From Octopus vulgaris (taxonomy: Eukaryota), in the NCBI GenBank assembly GCA_951406725.2, contig OX597819.1, positions 26,474,001-26,538,000 of the forward strand: 64,000 nt of DNA, given 5' to 3'. Under the pieces are notes generated by a model that was given only the letters and a program-made list of their open reading frames with translations, searched no databases and was not told the DNA's origin. The position numbers and the translations under genes were made by a program. Below are positions 12,230-26,287 of the stretch, piece by piece (the first letter of the stretch is position 1; every line of letters starts with the position of its first letter).

Positions 12230-13310
12230 TATATACGAATCTATACGTGGCGTTCCAGTTCCGCTCTACTGTAGCAGTATTTCCCATGTTCATCGCATAT
12301 CAGCTCTCCCTTGTCGCCTTTCATTTCCTAAAAATATTTTGTTCACACCCTTTCTAGAAAACTTTCTTCAATTCCTTGTGGTTTCTCTTAGTTACTTCGA
12401 AGATCTCGCTTGTGTCACTTACTGCTCTTCTCCATCTTGACGGTTAACTGCAATTTCTTCCCTTTCCTTTTCCGAGATATTTTAGCCAGTCATTAACGAT
12501 ATTTTATGCAGTACTTGAACCTCAGGTAAGATTTATGAAGTGGACGCTTTGCATTTCTCAGGTCGCAGTAGAGTTGTTGCTTTGGAGTCCATTCTCACTA
12601 AGAAACTTCTACATCGGAATCGGTATTGAAATAAATCAGTACTTCAACTGTGACTTCCGTCACTCGCGTACATTTTCCAACGGAGGCCTAAGAGACGCTG
12701 CGTACACTGCTGATTGAAGCACTCTAGCTGTTTCAAATGCATTCGCTAGGGTACGTACGTCTCACAAGCGTACAAGAGAGAGATTGACATGTTATATAAA
12801 TCTTCACTTTAGTGTCCGTAGAGATATAATGTTGAAACCACCAAATTTCTGAAATCATCACTGGCTTTGCTGACTCTTAGCAAGATTCGTTTATCAAAGA
12901 TGCATGGCATACTAAGAGAAGTGCCAAGATACACAAGCCTGACCTATGGTAGGATATCCTACTCTAAGTATGGCACTCCTAGCGTAGACTGATATAAGGC
13001 AACGGTAGTTATAAAACATTATCGTCAAGCCTAGCTTAGATAAAATCACTCGAGAAGGAGTCCATAATATGTTGCATTTCTTCTTGAGTTAGACCAAAGA
13101 GATCGCAGTCATCTGCATAGAGAAATTCACTAAGCAATGAGGACATGACTTTTGAATCCGAACTGAGGCGCTTAATGACGAAAAAACCCTCAGATGTACG
13201 AAACATAACATATATTCCATATGGGCACTCACTTAAAAGCCTAAACAAACATCATTGTAAAATACGGTGAATACAGTATTGGCGCCGGAATATCTCCTCA
13301 GGCTTTCATG
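12230..13310 (-). mobile_element. Old RTE-clade LINE 3' remnant
   Basis: LLSEFLYADDCDL..EMQHIMDSF (RT YADD motif); downstream RLLGLRW and EIAVNR..WRRAVS-like motifs, with many stops and frameshifts. Confidence 0.8.
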
Positions 13311-15454
13311 TTGCAATGGAATTGACCAAGAATTGTCGCATACTTATTTGGACATGCATTTCAAAAGATGATAAAATGAGATTCTTTGTCCATAATATAT
13401 TTACAATTGTATTAAACTTTTAAACTACATATATATTATAAATATATATGTTACTGTAAGCGATAATAAATTTGATTTCATTCTTTTATCCACACACTAG
13501 CTAAGGCACTCGCATAGACTGACACATATTTATTCGCCCACATATACATATACGCACGTGTATTCATCATCCATCGACAGTGTATTTCATATATCGTGAT
13601 AAAAGAGAATAGCGTGCAATTCCTCACAAATTAAATTATCTTTGATGTTTCGTGGGTCAAGTTACTAGTTTGATTTTCCTGTTCATACAGATGCAAATGG
13701 AATTTGTATTTCAATATATAATATAAAACAGTATGTTTGAGAGGATTTAAACATGCATGTGAGTATTTCGCTATCACACATACTGTGATTTCAATTTTGC
13801 CTTAAGTTTAAATCTATCTTATTTAGGAAACATATATTCAGACAAAAGACGAATAGCAGTGTAAACTGATATAATTTTACTCTATTGTAATCACAGAATG
13901 GAAAATATATTTTCCAATTTTTGATACGCTAATTTGTTATGACATGTACTATCCCTAAGATAATAATATGGTTCATGGTGAAAGAAATTCAATTTTACTA
14001 ACAATAAATGTGAAATGAAAAGCGGAGCAAAGTTTTCAAGAAAATGGACAAGGATAATCTCCCCCACTCTCGCTCTCTTTTTCTTTGTCTCTGTATCTCT
14101 CCCTTTAGATGTGTGTGTGTGTGTTTTGCTTTTTTATTGTGTGTTTTTGCACGTGGATATAAAGACACGCAAATCATGAATTAAAGTGTGTTTTGAAATA
14201 AGCTCATAGAGATGTGACTTGACTTTAAAAGATTGCATATAAAGTGTACGTGGATGTAAGATATTATGAAACATCGAACAGATAATTTCAAGTACAATAT
14301 TCAAAAAAAGTAACGTATTTTGCCCAATGTAGATTGATCTCTTCTGCTTTGCTCATGTGATATGTCTAAGAGCTGCAGGCTAAAAATGCAGCTCACAGTT
14401 GCAACAACGTGGGAATTATGTACCACAGCGCTCTGTTGTAAATCTATAACAATTGTCGTGATAGCGAGGTTCTCTCTCTGTTACCAGCTATAAGGTATCC
14501 TAGTTTATAAAACATCTTACTATTCCCTGATTAGTTAAGAAGAATTAATACACTAAATATGATCTTCTTTATAAAAGGCGAAACTTCTTTCTCTTACAAC
14601 TCACCATGCTAAATCAAGAAATATGTTTTGCTTATCTATTCTATAAACGCTACCGATTAAATACTTGAAGTACAATATCTTCTGTCAACTCATGTTAGAC
14701 GTTATGATATAGCTTAGCTTCAAAAACCTTGCAGACGTATTCACAATCCAGTGATGGTGATCCGAATAAAAATGAAAGAAATAAGTTACCTGTTATGAAT
14801 AAAACACTGCCATTTATTTAGTCTACTGCCTTCGGCTTGATATCACAGTTAACATGAGGATTAATGGTACACTTAAACGCACGGCAAAATATTTCATATC
14901 ATGTATCATTCTCACACTGAGAAATTTGAAATCTAAACCCCATGAGCCTCTTACCTACATATATACATACAAACACACATATACACACGCATACGTACAC
15001 ACACACACACACATACATATATATATACATACATATGTACATATATACATACATACAATATGCTTTATATATTTTCATTTGTCACTCAGTCTTCACTACA
15101 ATAAATAATAAACAGACTGGCTATAAACTTCGTAATGGGCAGATTGATAACAATGACAAAGCAGAGTGTTTGCTAACAAATCGAATCGAACAAATACAAA
15201 GTAAATCCGATAGATGTTATTGTATTATCCCCATGGTAAATCACATCTGTGATTTTTCTTATAGTTCCATTTACTTTAGATAAATACATCAATAAATAAA
15301 TAAATAAATAAAGTAATCCTTTTTTTCCGTTCCTAAGACTGCGCACTAAATAAATGTGTGCTTATGTATATGTATATATATATATAAATATATATGTGTT
15401 TGCGTAGGTATTATACACATTCAAACAGACACAAACATAAAACACACACACACG

Positions 15455-15490
<36 letters not shown>

Positions 15491-15878
15491 AGATTTGGCA
15501 TTGTAGAGTTTTAGTTCATAATGAAGCAACGGGAGGAGATGAAGGTCCGTATATCTTGAGATGTTTGATTAGATGTCAACGCATAGATAATGACTTAACC
15601 GCAAACTCGGCTCTACACAGTCCTAGGAGGGAAGCAGATTACAATCCCAATTGACGGAGCTGTACTTGTTTGTAATTCAATGGCTCAGCCTTGACAGCGT
15701 CGCACTCGTTGTCTGTTTTATGCTTATGGGGAACTCCGACTTCACACGCTTATTGAATAAGTAGATTTTATTCAACTCAGAGAACGACTGAATGTAAGCA
15801 TGTCGAAATGGAAATGAGTCTATCATATATGAGTGTGCGTGTGTATGTGTATGAGTATGTATGTATATATGTATTATG

Positions 15879-15910
<32 letters not shown>

Positions 15911-16168
15911 CATGTATATATATATATATCTACATGTACACACACACACACATATATATATATACACACACACAACACACACAACACACACACACATGTA
16001 TATATATATATTTATAAACGCATATAATTCATGTTTTTATAATAAATTACGTGATTATTACTTCTATTAATGGATTTCATGAGTACAGACAATTGCAAGT
16101 ACATGCACGCTTGTGTATTCAATAATGTTTGCATGGCAATAATTAATGAGGGAAGCGCTTGTATATAA

Positions 16169-16199
<31 letters not shown>

Positions 16200-16231
16200 T
16201 GTATGTATGTATGTATGTATGTATGTATACA

Positions 16232-16935
16232 TAATGGTAAGACGAGAGAACAAAATATTGACAGTTTTTGTGGGTGTTCTCTTGTTTGACTAATTGCAAG
16301 GCAACAGAGGAAAAGAAAATAAGGCGGGAGGAATTAACCAAAACAAGATGGGCGTACGGAGTGTATAACGGGTTGTACACCCCAGAAGAACAGGTTCAGC
16401 AGCACCTCACCGGTATGACCGCGATGGCCTTGCCGCGGAAAATCGACAAAGACAATTACTGCAACATCCACAACGTCTCACGGGGCATATTTCTCAGACG
16501 AGACGTAGTTATCCCGGCAATGAGGGATCCCAGAAAGCCCGAGGCAACACAAAATGATAGCAGCCGATCAGGCCCCTGTATTTCTTTACTTTTCTATCCT
16601 CAGCGGCGATACCTGGGTTTGTGGCGTTTGCTGGAATGTTGGAGCAGAAGAAAGTGTCCCATTTTAGGGATCTGCATCCCCTGCATGGGAAGTGGGTTAT
16701 TCCGTCGAGGCGCGTACCATCTCTGCGGTCAAGACCCACCGGCTCCAGATGGGAGGGGAAGCCAGCCGCATTGCGGCTTCTTCTAATTTTGTCGAACAGA
16801 GCGGCACGACGGAGAGACTGGTCCGCGCTATGGCTGAAGGATAATGGATGCAAGCAGAATTCATCGACTACACACCACAACAGCATTTGTACGGCTCTCA
16901 CACGCGGAGGCCACGATCGAGAACACTCCCATATG
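16232..16935 (-). mobile_element. CRE-like non-LTR retrotransposon 3' end (restriction-like endonuclease), degraded
   Basis: VDEFCLHPLS..AGFPSHLEPVGLDRRDGTRLDGITHFP..LKWD..AAEDRKVKKYRGL..YHF, then ETLWMLQ*LSLSIFRGKAIAV, matching the CRE-type RPDG..WD..AE..K..KY..QRLS..RGNA signature; the 3' end abuts (ATAC)n. Confidence 0.8.
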
Positions 16936-17175
16936 TGACTAAAAATTCCCACTTGTAAACTGACCTCTTAAAGTGACTAATTCTCCATAGAATGTGATTT
17001 CAAGATAAATTATAAATTTATACAATCATAACCGGTATAATACGTCTTGTATATGTATGAAACCACTCGATTTTAAAATAGTAATTTGCAGTTCTCTCTG
17101 TAGAAATCTGTACTGACTAAAAACTTTCAACGATGTAATTTCCTCAGGTGCATTTTACCCAACATACAATGCTGA

Positions 17176-17790
17176 CGGCGGCGAGTTTGTAAAATCGTCA
17201 GCACGCCGGGCGAAGTGCTTAATGGTATTTCGTCTGCCGTTACGTTCTGAGTTCAAATTCCGCCGAGGTCGACTTTGCCTTTCATCCTTTCGGGGTCGAT
17301 TAAATAAGTACCAGTTACGCACTGGGGTCGATATAATCGGCTTAATCCGTTTGTCTGTCCTTGTGTGTCCCTTCTGTGTTTAGCCCCTTGTGGGTAGTAA
17401 AGAAATAGGTATTTCGTCTGCCGTTACGTTCTGAGTTCAACTTCCACCGAGGTCGACTTTGCCTTTCATCCTTTCGGTGTCGAAAAATTAAGTACCGGTT
17501 ACGTACTGGGGTCCATGCAATCGACTTAATCCTTTCGTCTGTCCTTGTTTATTTCCTCTGTGTTTAGCCCCTTGTGGGCAATAAAGAGATAAGAAACGTT
17601 AGCACGCCGGGCAAAATTCTTAGCGGTATTTCATCTATCTTATGTTCTGAGTCTAAACTCCACCGAGGTCGACTTTACCTTTCATCCTTTCGGGGTCGAT
17701 AAATTAAGTACCAGTTGCGTATTGGAGTCAATCTAATCGATTAGCGCCCTCCCCACAAAATTTAGGCCTTGTGCCTAGAGTAGAAAAAGA
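17176..17790 (+). mobile_element. Trimeric family A SINE
   Basis: Three consecutive ccgaggtcgacttt(g/a)cctttcatcctttcgg units; junctions aaagaaata|ggtatttcgtctg and gagata|agaaacgttagcacg. Confidence 0.9.
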
Positions 17791-18155
17791 TATGCACAAT
17801 ACCCGCTCACACCCACGCATACTCAATTGCTTCACTCATACATATTCTTAAAGTGGACTGCTGTGAATGGCCCTAGTTGGTCGCTAACAATTGTAGCGAA
17901 ACTCAAATGTCATGAAACAGGTAACTATTAATGGACTACATATCTACAAAAAGTCGAGTTACTCTTGGATGATCAAAGACAAAATGCTGATATTTACCAA
18001 TAATGATTTCATAAATAGAGATTGACTAGTAACACAGATAAACTTGCAAATATTTCAAGGAAAGAATTAATTTCAATTTGAGTTTAACGTCTTCCATAGG
18101 TCTCGGTCTCTAGTCTTATGTATATTCTAAGAGGGTGATTGTTGGAGAAGCATAG

Positions 18156-18330
18156 TATTTACGAATGGTCATTTTGCCAGTTTAGCCAATGAAATCACAC
18201 ATTAATCTTAATCTTATTAATAAGATTAAGATTAATGTAAAAAAGTATAACGCTGAAGCAAAGTAACACCAAATATATAGTGCATGTGCTTTTATTGGCT
18301 AAACTGGCAAAATGACCATTCCTAAATACA
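18156..18330. repeat. Inverted pair of a dispersed element terminus
   Basis: gaatggtcattttgccagtttagccaat on plus and attggctaaactggcaaaatgaccattc as its inverse; a third copy lies at 37528-37590. Confidence 0.75.
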
Positions 18331-18724
18331 AAAATATCTGTTTTAACACATGATTTCGCATCAAAACTCTTGCAAAACAAATATATAAACGTAACATAGT
18401 ATTTACTTTTTCCTGGTATGTTACGCCAGAGTAACAAATCTAGGTGTGATATGGTAATTTTACTTATTAAAAAACAAAGGACCACCAGGGAATTCTATAT
18501 TGAAGACATAAGAGCAAATATTTCTATTCTTTAAATTCTTTCATTATTAATGTTTGTATTTTTAATACGAACATACATATAGACAGCGTTTAAAAGTTCG
18601 AAGTGGGTAGGCACATGTTTGAATTACGGAGCGAAGGGGCCAAAACAAAGGGAAATAATCAAGTGCGACTGCCTGTTTTCGGACTATCACGCTTTAATGT
18701 TTTAATCACTTAGAATATTTTGTA

Positions 18725-19132
18725 TACTCTTACTCTTTTACTTGTTTCAGTCGTTTGACTGCGGCCATGCTGGAGCACCGCCTTTAGTCGAGCAAATCGA
18801 CCCCGGGACTTATTCTTTGTAAGCCCAGTACTTATTCTATCGGTCTCTTTTGCCGAACCGCTAAGTGACGGGGACGTAAACACACCAGCATCGGTTGTCA
18901 AGCAATGCTAGGGGGACAAACACAGACACACAAACATATACACACACACTTATATACATATATACATATATACGACAGGCTTCTTTCAGTTTCCGTCTAC
19001 CAAATCCACTCACAAGGCATTGGTCGGCCCGGGGCTATAGCAGAAGACACTTACCCAAGATGCCACGCAGTGGAACTGAACCCGGAGCCATGTGGCTGGT
19101 TAGCAAGCTACTTACCACACAGCCACTCCTGC
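18725..19132 (-). mobile_element. Family B SINE, full length
   Basis: Near-identical to 28403-28840. Confidence 0.92.
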
Positions 19133-20847
19133 AAAGTATGCTCGTCATATTTCGCTTACAAAATATATTGAAAAGGAATAAATAAATATATAAATATACG
19201 CTCCTTAAATAAACGTCCTTTTTAAATTTGTAAACAATTTTTTTTAATGAGGTTTATTTTTATATATTTACAAAAAGTATTTCGTAAATCGGAGTTTTCA
19301 TCTAACAATTATATGGCATTTGTTATTCTGACATTGCTGTCCTTCAAATTTTGGGGTGTCTGATCTTTCGGCCATTTGAAACTTAATCTTGTGACATTTA
19401 CTGTTTCATCTTTCAACCTGGACACCCAAATTCATAATATAGACATCAGAGTGAAGAAACTGTTCCTCCGTTTATCCTGTTTTAGAGGTTAAGCTGTAAT
19501 TGTGTCTTAACGGTCCACAACATGCCATTTCCGTTATTCAGTCATTTTTCTCATCGTCAACACTATTATAATTACCAACCCATCTATTCAACACCTTCTC
19601 TATCATGATTCACGTGAAAAGTTCGCAGACATTAGCCTGTGAAGGAGGTCTTTCGTGTTTGGTTATATTCTTCTCATATGACTAAGTCGTTATGTAATAT
19701 TTTGATTGAGAACATGCACTGCAAAACAGAGACTGGGTAGATACTATTCCCACTGAAAAATTAGAGTTTGTATAGTAGTATTGATTGGAGCACATGATCT
19801 GAACCAAAAGAGATTCGTCTGTCGCGGCTTCATCTCAGGGTCAAAATATATAAATAAAGTACCTATTGTAATCCTTTTGGTTAGTTAATCCTAAAACGAT
19901 TTCCATGCAGTTTGCTTCTGACTATAGAATATGTAATATTTATTTGACGAATTATATCCTTAAGTAAGTCTGGAACTTTTCATATACTTCATAGATATAA
20001 TTAAGATATATTCCAGTTTTAAGTATTTCACTTAATTTACAACCTCCAGCATTCGCTCCCTTATAGCTTGCCTTACATCAGCATTTTGTACTTTGAGATG
20101 AAAACACTTATATGTCTTTTTTTTTTTCTGTCGCCGGCTTAGTCAGCCATGTTCCATCTACGACTAGTTCCTTTTGTTTTGATGCTTGAATAGTGTTTTT
20201 CTGACCAGATCCTTTAATTTTTCCTTTGTGTTTTTTTGTTTATGACAATCGGATGTGATATGAAGCTAATTTAGTTCCTATGTTTAAAGCCTTCAGCATT
20301 TTGACAGTAACTATTTTATTTTTTACTCAACGACGACAATACTGAATGAATAGTAAGATTTTACTTCCAGCTAGTTGAGTATACCAAGAAATTTAATGAC
20401 TTACAGAACAATTCAATTTAGTCATATTTCTTATAATTAATCAAATAAACGTAAGTCTTTATACACTATTTCATTAAATGTAGTCAATATATTTATTTGC
20501 TTAAATACAAAATTATGTTACTTCATATTATGTTTTTGTCGGATAGAGTTCAAATTTAATTATAATCATGAAAATATTAATGCTCTAACTAAATTTCTAG
20601 ATGTTTTTGGTAATTACATAATATAAACGAGAAAAGAAGCCACGCATATTTTATAGCTATTTGATGCTATTTCAGAGAAATTACATGCATTAACTTTGTG
20701 GAAACTCAAATTTCTAATCCTAGACGACAAAGTGAAAATTCATCAATCAGATGATATCTACTTCAAAAGTAATATCGGGAACATTTTCCTTCGTTTGCGC
20801 GACAATCATGCACGTATGTTTATGAATTTGTATCTGAGAGAGAGATC

Positions 20848-20903
<56 letters not shown>

Positions 20904-20981
20904 TTACAATTAGTAATATGAAGACGATAAAGTACTGGCGCACTTATTTCAACTAATGGGCAAGTAGTAAATTATAACTGA

Positions 20982-21036
<55 letters not shown>

Positions 21037-21082
21037 TTTGTGTATATATGTGTATGTATGTGTTTATGTGTATGCATGTGTT

Positions 21083-23125
21083 ACATTGCCGACGCTTCGA
21101 CCGCGCGAAACTCCAGAAATCACAGGCATCCCAAGACTGCAGGGAATCCATTGAGAGACACATAATGGACCTCCCAGAGCCGACATCCATTGCGGATCGC
21201 TGGACCATACTTCGTGAAGCCATAACCGCAGCAACTGAGGAGACGATCGGCTTTGCCCGGAAGAATAACCAAGACTGGTTTGACGAGAATGATGAAACCA
21301 TCTCCGTCTTATCGAAGCCAAACTCCGGACGCGCCTCGCCTTCGAGAACCATGCCACTGCGGAGAACAAACGAAAACACCAGCAAGCATCAGCGGAATGC
21401 CAGCGAGGAATTAGAGAATCTCAGAACATCTGGTAGCGGAGAAAAGCAGAGGAGATGCAAAATAAGGTCATTAGTGGGTGGCCTGAAGAACGCAGGTGGC
21501 TCTATGATAACCAACACTCAGGGAATCCTCGATCGCTGGAAGTTCTATTTCGAGAGCCTAATTAACAACCAATCACGCATTCCAGACGATCTCCTACAAA
21601 CACCCGACAGCTCCCCATACGCCATTGGATGTCTCTGCCGTCCTGGCCCCATGAGTTCAACAAGGCATTCGAGCGCATGAAACCGGGCAAAGCTCCAGGA
21701 TCAGACAACATTCCGTTTGAGTTTTTCACGCACGGAGGTCCTCAGCTGAGAAATCATCTGACGCTCTTTATCCTCAAGGTCTGCGCAAGCAACACCCTCC
21801 TGAACGACTTCCGCGATGCAACTATCATCAGCATTCATAAGAAAGGAGACCGTGAGGATTGCAACAAGGCATCTCACTCTGAGTATTGCAAGCAAGATCT
21901 TCGCCAGTATCCTGCTCAATTGCATCCCCATCTTCGCGGAAGACGTCCTCCCTGAGTCTCAGCGTGGCTTTCAACGCTTTCGAGCTCCAATTGACGTGAT
22001 CTTTTGCGCCCGACAACTTCAGGAGAAGTGTAAGAACAACACAGCCTGCAATATTCATCTTCTGGGACCTTTGATAAGGTTCCCTGTCCTGCAATGTGGG
22101 CCTTCCTTACTCGGTTTGGATGTCCGGAGGAATTTATTGCCCTGGTCCGCTCCCTTCACAACAAAATGCCCTCACAAACCCGTCTCCCATCACAACGTGT
22201 CTTAAGCAAGGATGCGTCCTGACACCAACCTGTTTCTCTTTGTACATGGCCGCCATGTTCAACGAAATCCCACTAGACTCACCTTATATCCACATGCGCT
22301 ATCGCTTGTTTGGCGGACTATTAAATATCGCACGTCTCTGCGTAAAGTCGAGGGCCTCCGCTATCACAGTCCGTGAGATGGAATATGCCGACGACAATGC
22401 CACCTCGAACCGGACCGTAGGCCTACAAAGGACGGCCGATCTTTACAATGTGGCTTATGAACACTTCGGGATGCAGGTAGACATATTAAACACCAAGACT
22501 CTGATCCAACCTCCACCAGGCCAGAACAGTCCAACTACTAACATTAGTGTCAACGGCCACCCCTTAGAAGAAGTTGAGCACTCCTCATACCTTCGGAGAC
22601 CTCCACGTGTGAAAAAGACTTGGAGAATACCAGCAGGGCTGCCCACTCTGCCTTCGGTAGACTCAGCCAACGGATATTCTTCAATCACGCACTGACCACC
22701 CGGACAAAGGTCGTGGTCTTCAGTGCTATTGTCCTGTCAACTCATCTCTACGCTTGTGAGACTTGGACGCTGTACCGCAGTGACTTCTAGTGTCTTGAAT
22801 ACATCCAGCAGTCTTCGACAGATCCTCAAAATTCGATGGGAAGATCATATTAGCAAAAATGAGGCTCTTCGCGCGCCTCACTAACAAGCGTCGTAGCCAT
22901 CATTCTTCGCCTTCGTCTCCGCTGGGCAGGTCACGTCCAGCGTATGTAGCCCTCACGTCTCCCGAGGATCATGCTCTACGGAGAACTTGCAATCGGAACA
23001 AGAATTCTGCCACGACTCTTTCACCACCGACATGGACTCACATTCGACACAAACATCCGCCGAGGAGATTGGATGTACACTGACGGACCCAATACTCTCG
23101 GATACGGGTTGGAGCCGACGATGTC
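21083..23125 (+). mobile_element. RTE-clade (BovB-like) LINE, 5'-truncated, frameshifted RT pseudogene
   Basis: NQDWFDENDE, GKAPGSDNIP, FRDATIISIHKKGDREDCN, LPESQRGF, IFCARQLQEKC, KQGCVLTP, YADD and MLYGEL motifs spread over several frames. Confidence 0.93.
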
Positions 23126-23253
23126 TGTACATATAAAGGTGTCCGTGTATGTAGTGTGTTTCAGACAATTTTCAGTAGCTTTGAAAATATGAAAGTACTT
23201 CAGGCTTTACTTGAACAATTGCCTGTGTATATGTGTGTGTATGTGTGTGTGTG

Positions 23254-23553
23254 AAGGCGCGTGGCTTACTGTTTAGGGTATTCCGCTCACGATCCTAGGG
23301 TCGTGAGTTCAATTCCCGGTGACGCGTTGTGTCCTTGACCAAGACACTTGTTCCAGTTCACTCAGTTGGCAAAAATGAGTAGTACCTGTATTTCAAAGGG
23401 CCAACCTTGTCACACTCTGGGTCACTACAAGAGAACTACGTTAAGGGCACACGTGTCTGTGGAGTGCTCAGCCACTTGCCAGTTAATTTCACGCGCAAGA
23501 TGTTCCATTGATAGTATCAGCTGGGAACCTCGTCGTCGTAACCGACGGAGTGC
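23254..23553 (+). mobile_element. tRNA-derived SINE related to family C
   Basis: gaaggcgcgtggcttactgtttaggg..gtgagttcaattccc; the segment gagaactacgttaaggg..gtctgtggagtgctcagccacttgc is shared with about 44020-44068. Confidence 0.82.
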
Positions 23554-23762
23554 TCCTTATATATATATTATAATATAACAATTGTTAAATTTTAATTTAT
23601 ATAAATTATTTTATGTATTGGCTTAAGTCTTTCTTTGTTTGATTTGCATAATAGTGGTTTTGTCTCTAATTTAATATAATATAATATTTTACTATAAAAT
23701 TGGATTCAATCCTAAATCTGATTTTCCCTGTAAATTTGGATTTATTCCCTAATATTTATTAT

Positions 23763-23798
<36 letters not shown>

Positions 23799-24479
23799 CC
23801 ACAGATAGTGACAATGAGAATAAAATTTCGTGTACAAACGGTAAACGTAACAGTCTACTATAGAATTTAGTTTAGTTGAAATATTTTAAAATCTTGCCGT
23901 CTTAAAGTAAATAAATGATAATTATTGGAAATATAGAATTTGTATTGATTCGTATGTTTACCCTCCTCGCTTTATTCGTTCTGTAATTACAAATATCAAT
24001 TATCACTTTATATGAGCTTTCTCTAGAATTTTATAATTGCGCAATTATATTTGGATTTTAATTAGTATCATCTTTGTTTTGCTTATCATATAATTTACTA
24101 TTGTAACTTCAAAGAAACATTACATTGTAAATCTTACTCTATTACTATTAACTGCTTTTGTTTAGATTTAACTTCCAGCCAAAGATTTAACTATGATTTA
24201 ACTTTACTTAAATTACTCGAAACAGCAAATTTCTTGTTACTAAGTTGCCCAGTATTTTGACAAAATTTTATCACATAATGTTTGGTATTAATTAATTTAT
24301 GACCTCTGTGTCGACTTGAGGTAGAGATTAAAACTCATTATAATCAATCAGTTTGATTATTTAACATCGAGTCATAAATTACTTTAAATTACTCTAGTCA
24401 CCAGCCTTGACATCTATTACTCTCAAGAAACATGCTGCTTAGCTCACTCTATCTATACCAATACCATTTCCACCTCCTC

Positions 24480-25200
24480 TGTCGATGTCCCTTTCTCCAT
24501 CTCTATCTAGAGGAACGTATTCTAATTTCTGGAAGTGGGCTGTAGTGTGGCCTAGTTCAAAGACGAACTACCTAGCTGACCCTACCAACGATAGCTTTAA
24601 CGCTCTGACAATATTTCAAAGACGATGGGCTCCACCATTAGAAACACAACTCCTCATCTTGAATGACCGTCGTTAGAGCTCTTGTCGATCCCTTATTTTC
24701 CGCAAAGCTTTCATCTGCATCAGGCACGTAAATCTCCCAGTAAAACAGTAAACCTGTAGGCACCCATGTCTCCAGATATAGGTTGTGGACATGTAGTTTA
24801 CGAACAGACATTAGGCGTTCTCTGGGCCACACTCTAGTGTGTCCCATGGTTTGGTGTTTTCCACCCAACAATACACTCGAATACACCAAAACCTCCTTGC
24901 TATTACCTCAAGTGCAACCACTACTACTCAAATTACACCAATGTTCATTTCGCCTTGTACCTTCGCATCCGTACGTTACCAAGTCTCTCACGAAAAAAAC
25001 TAACTATCCTGACAAACATCTGGTTCCAAAATAATATTTGCATCACAAACCCTAGTCTTTCTAGAGGTAAAAAAGTACTTAAAACTCTGAAAAGCACAGA
25101 TGAGATCCTCAAATGTGTAATAAGTAACAGTGATGCTGAAAGAGAGGATTTGAAATAAATCCGAAAAACAGTCAACCAAGCAAATTACGTAAAATCATGC
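24480..25200 (+). pseudogene. Possible highly decayed PLE reverse-transcriptase C-terminal region
   Basis: CPFLHL..LVQRRTT..LHH..VVRALV..HPYV loosely follows the order PFLD..VYRKPT..S.H..L..R..LPY; many stops. Confidence 0.35.
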
Positions 25201-26287
25201 ACGAACACACGCCAATTTCTACCCACAGAGAGCTGGCTCGTCTCTTTAAATCAATAGGTTTAAAATAGACACAATATTGTGTCCTGCTTATTGCTTTTGC
25301 AAAGCGATGAACTCAAGTAATACAAGAAGCCATCGTCTTTCATTACGGCAGTGAAAGAATGTTTGTTGTGAGAGAGGTTCTGTAATACTTATGAATACTT
25401 AAATAGATATAAGAATTTTGGAAAAACGTTTTACACCTTTATCTCACTGAAACCTATTGCATAAATTTAGTGTTGATTTAGGAAGATTTGATGTCAAATC
25501 TTATATTGCGTCTAACACTGGATATCAATCACTTCTAACACTAGCTTAAGTAGTTATATTATGCACAAGATTATCTCTGCAAACAGCAGTGTCCATTCCA
25601 CAATCACGTACATCTTTAAAAAATCATGCCGAATATGCGTAATAGAATATGTAACAAGTTTTGATGAATGAATTACAGGATTCAGTAGTGCTGATTACCA
25701 AATCATGGGGATGGGAAACAAGCGTCTTATCACATAACCATGTTCTGCAACAAAACGTACATGAGATCAAATTCTTCCGACAGAAAAATCCGAGAGAAAA
25801 AGGGTTATTGGCGATGGTTTGAACGCGTTTCCTCATATTTTTGAATATGGTGAAACATTGATAAAATTCGATTACCAGATGGAATTGTTAAACTTCGCAC
25901 CTACACTTTATTGGTGGAGGTCATGTGTTATAGCTGATGTCACTTTTCTGATTTGAAAATCAAAGATGTTCTCGATTTTATTTCCCCCGTTTTCTCGTCA
26001 TCTAGAACATAATTTTCCAATCTATCTTTTCTGTTTTAAGACGATAGAAGCAATTTGAGACAACGTGACTGCTATCCCCAAGTGACGATTCTCTTCACTA
26101 TTTCGTCCGAAACACTTTGTATATAAGTTTGTATGTAAGAGTAATAGAGAAACACAGACAGTAGAGAGATTGCTAGCTAGCTAGATAGATAAAACTGCAG
26201 TATGGAATTGCCCATAGATCACATTAATATGAGCATTATTTACATTACTTACAATTGAAGGATATTTGTCCTCATCTTGTTTGTTAT

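Noticed and set aside
16268-16786. 172-aa plus-strand ORF as a host gene
   Set aside because: It is antisense to the CRE-like remnant and has no recognisable motifs.
19330-19700. Possible ancient LINE 3' remnant on the minus strand
   Set aside because: Only a vague resemblance; no diagnostic motif could be read.
25815-25860. GAAACGCGTT with an adjacent hairpin on the minus strand as a hammerhead
   Set aside because: No CUGANGA-like core at the required position.
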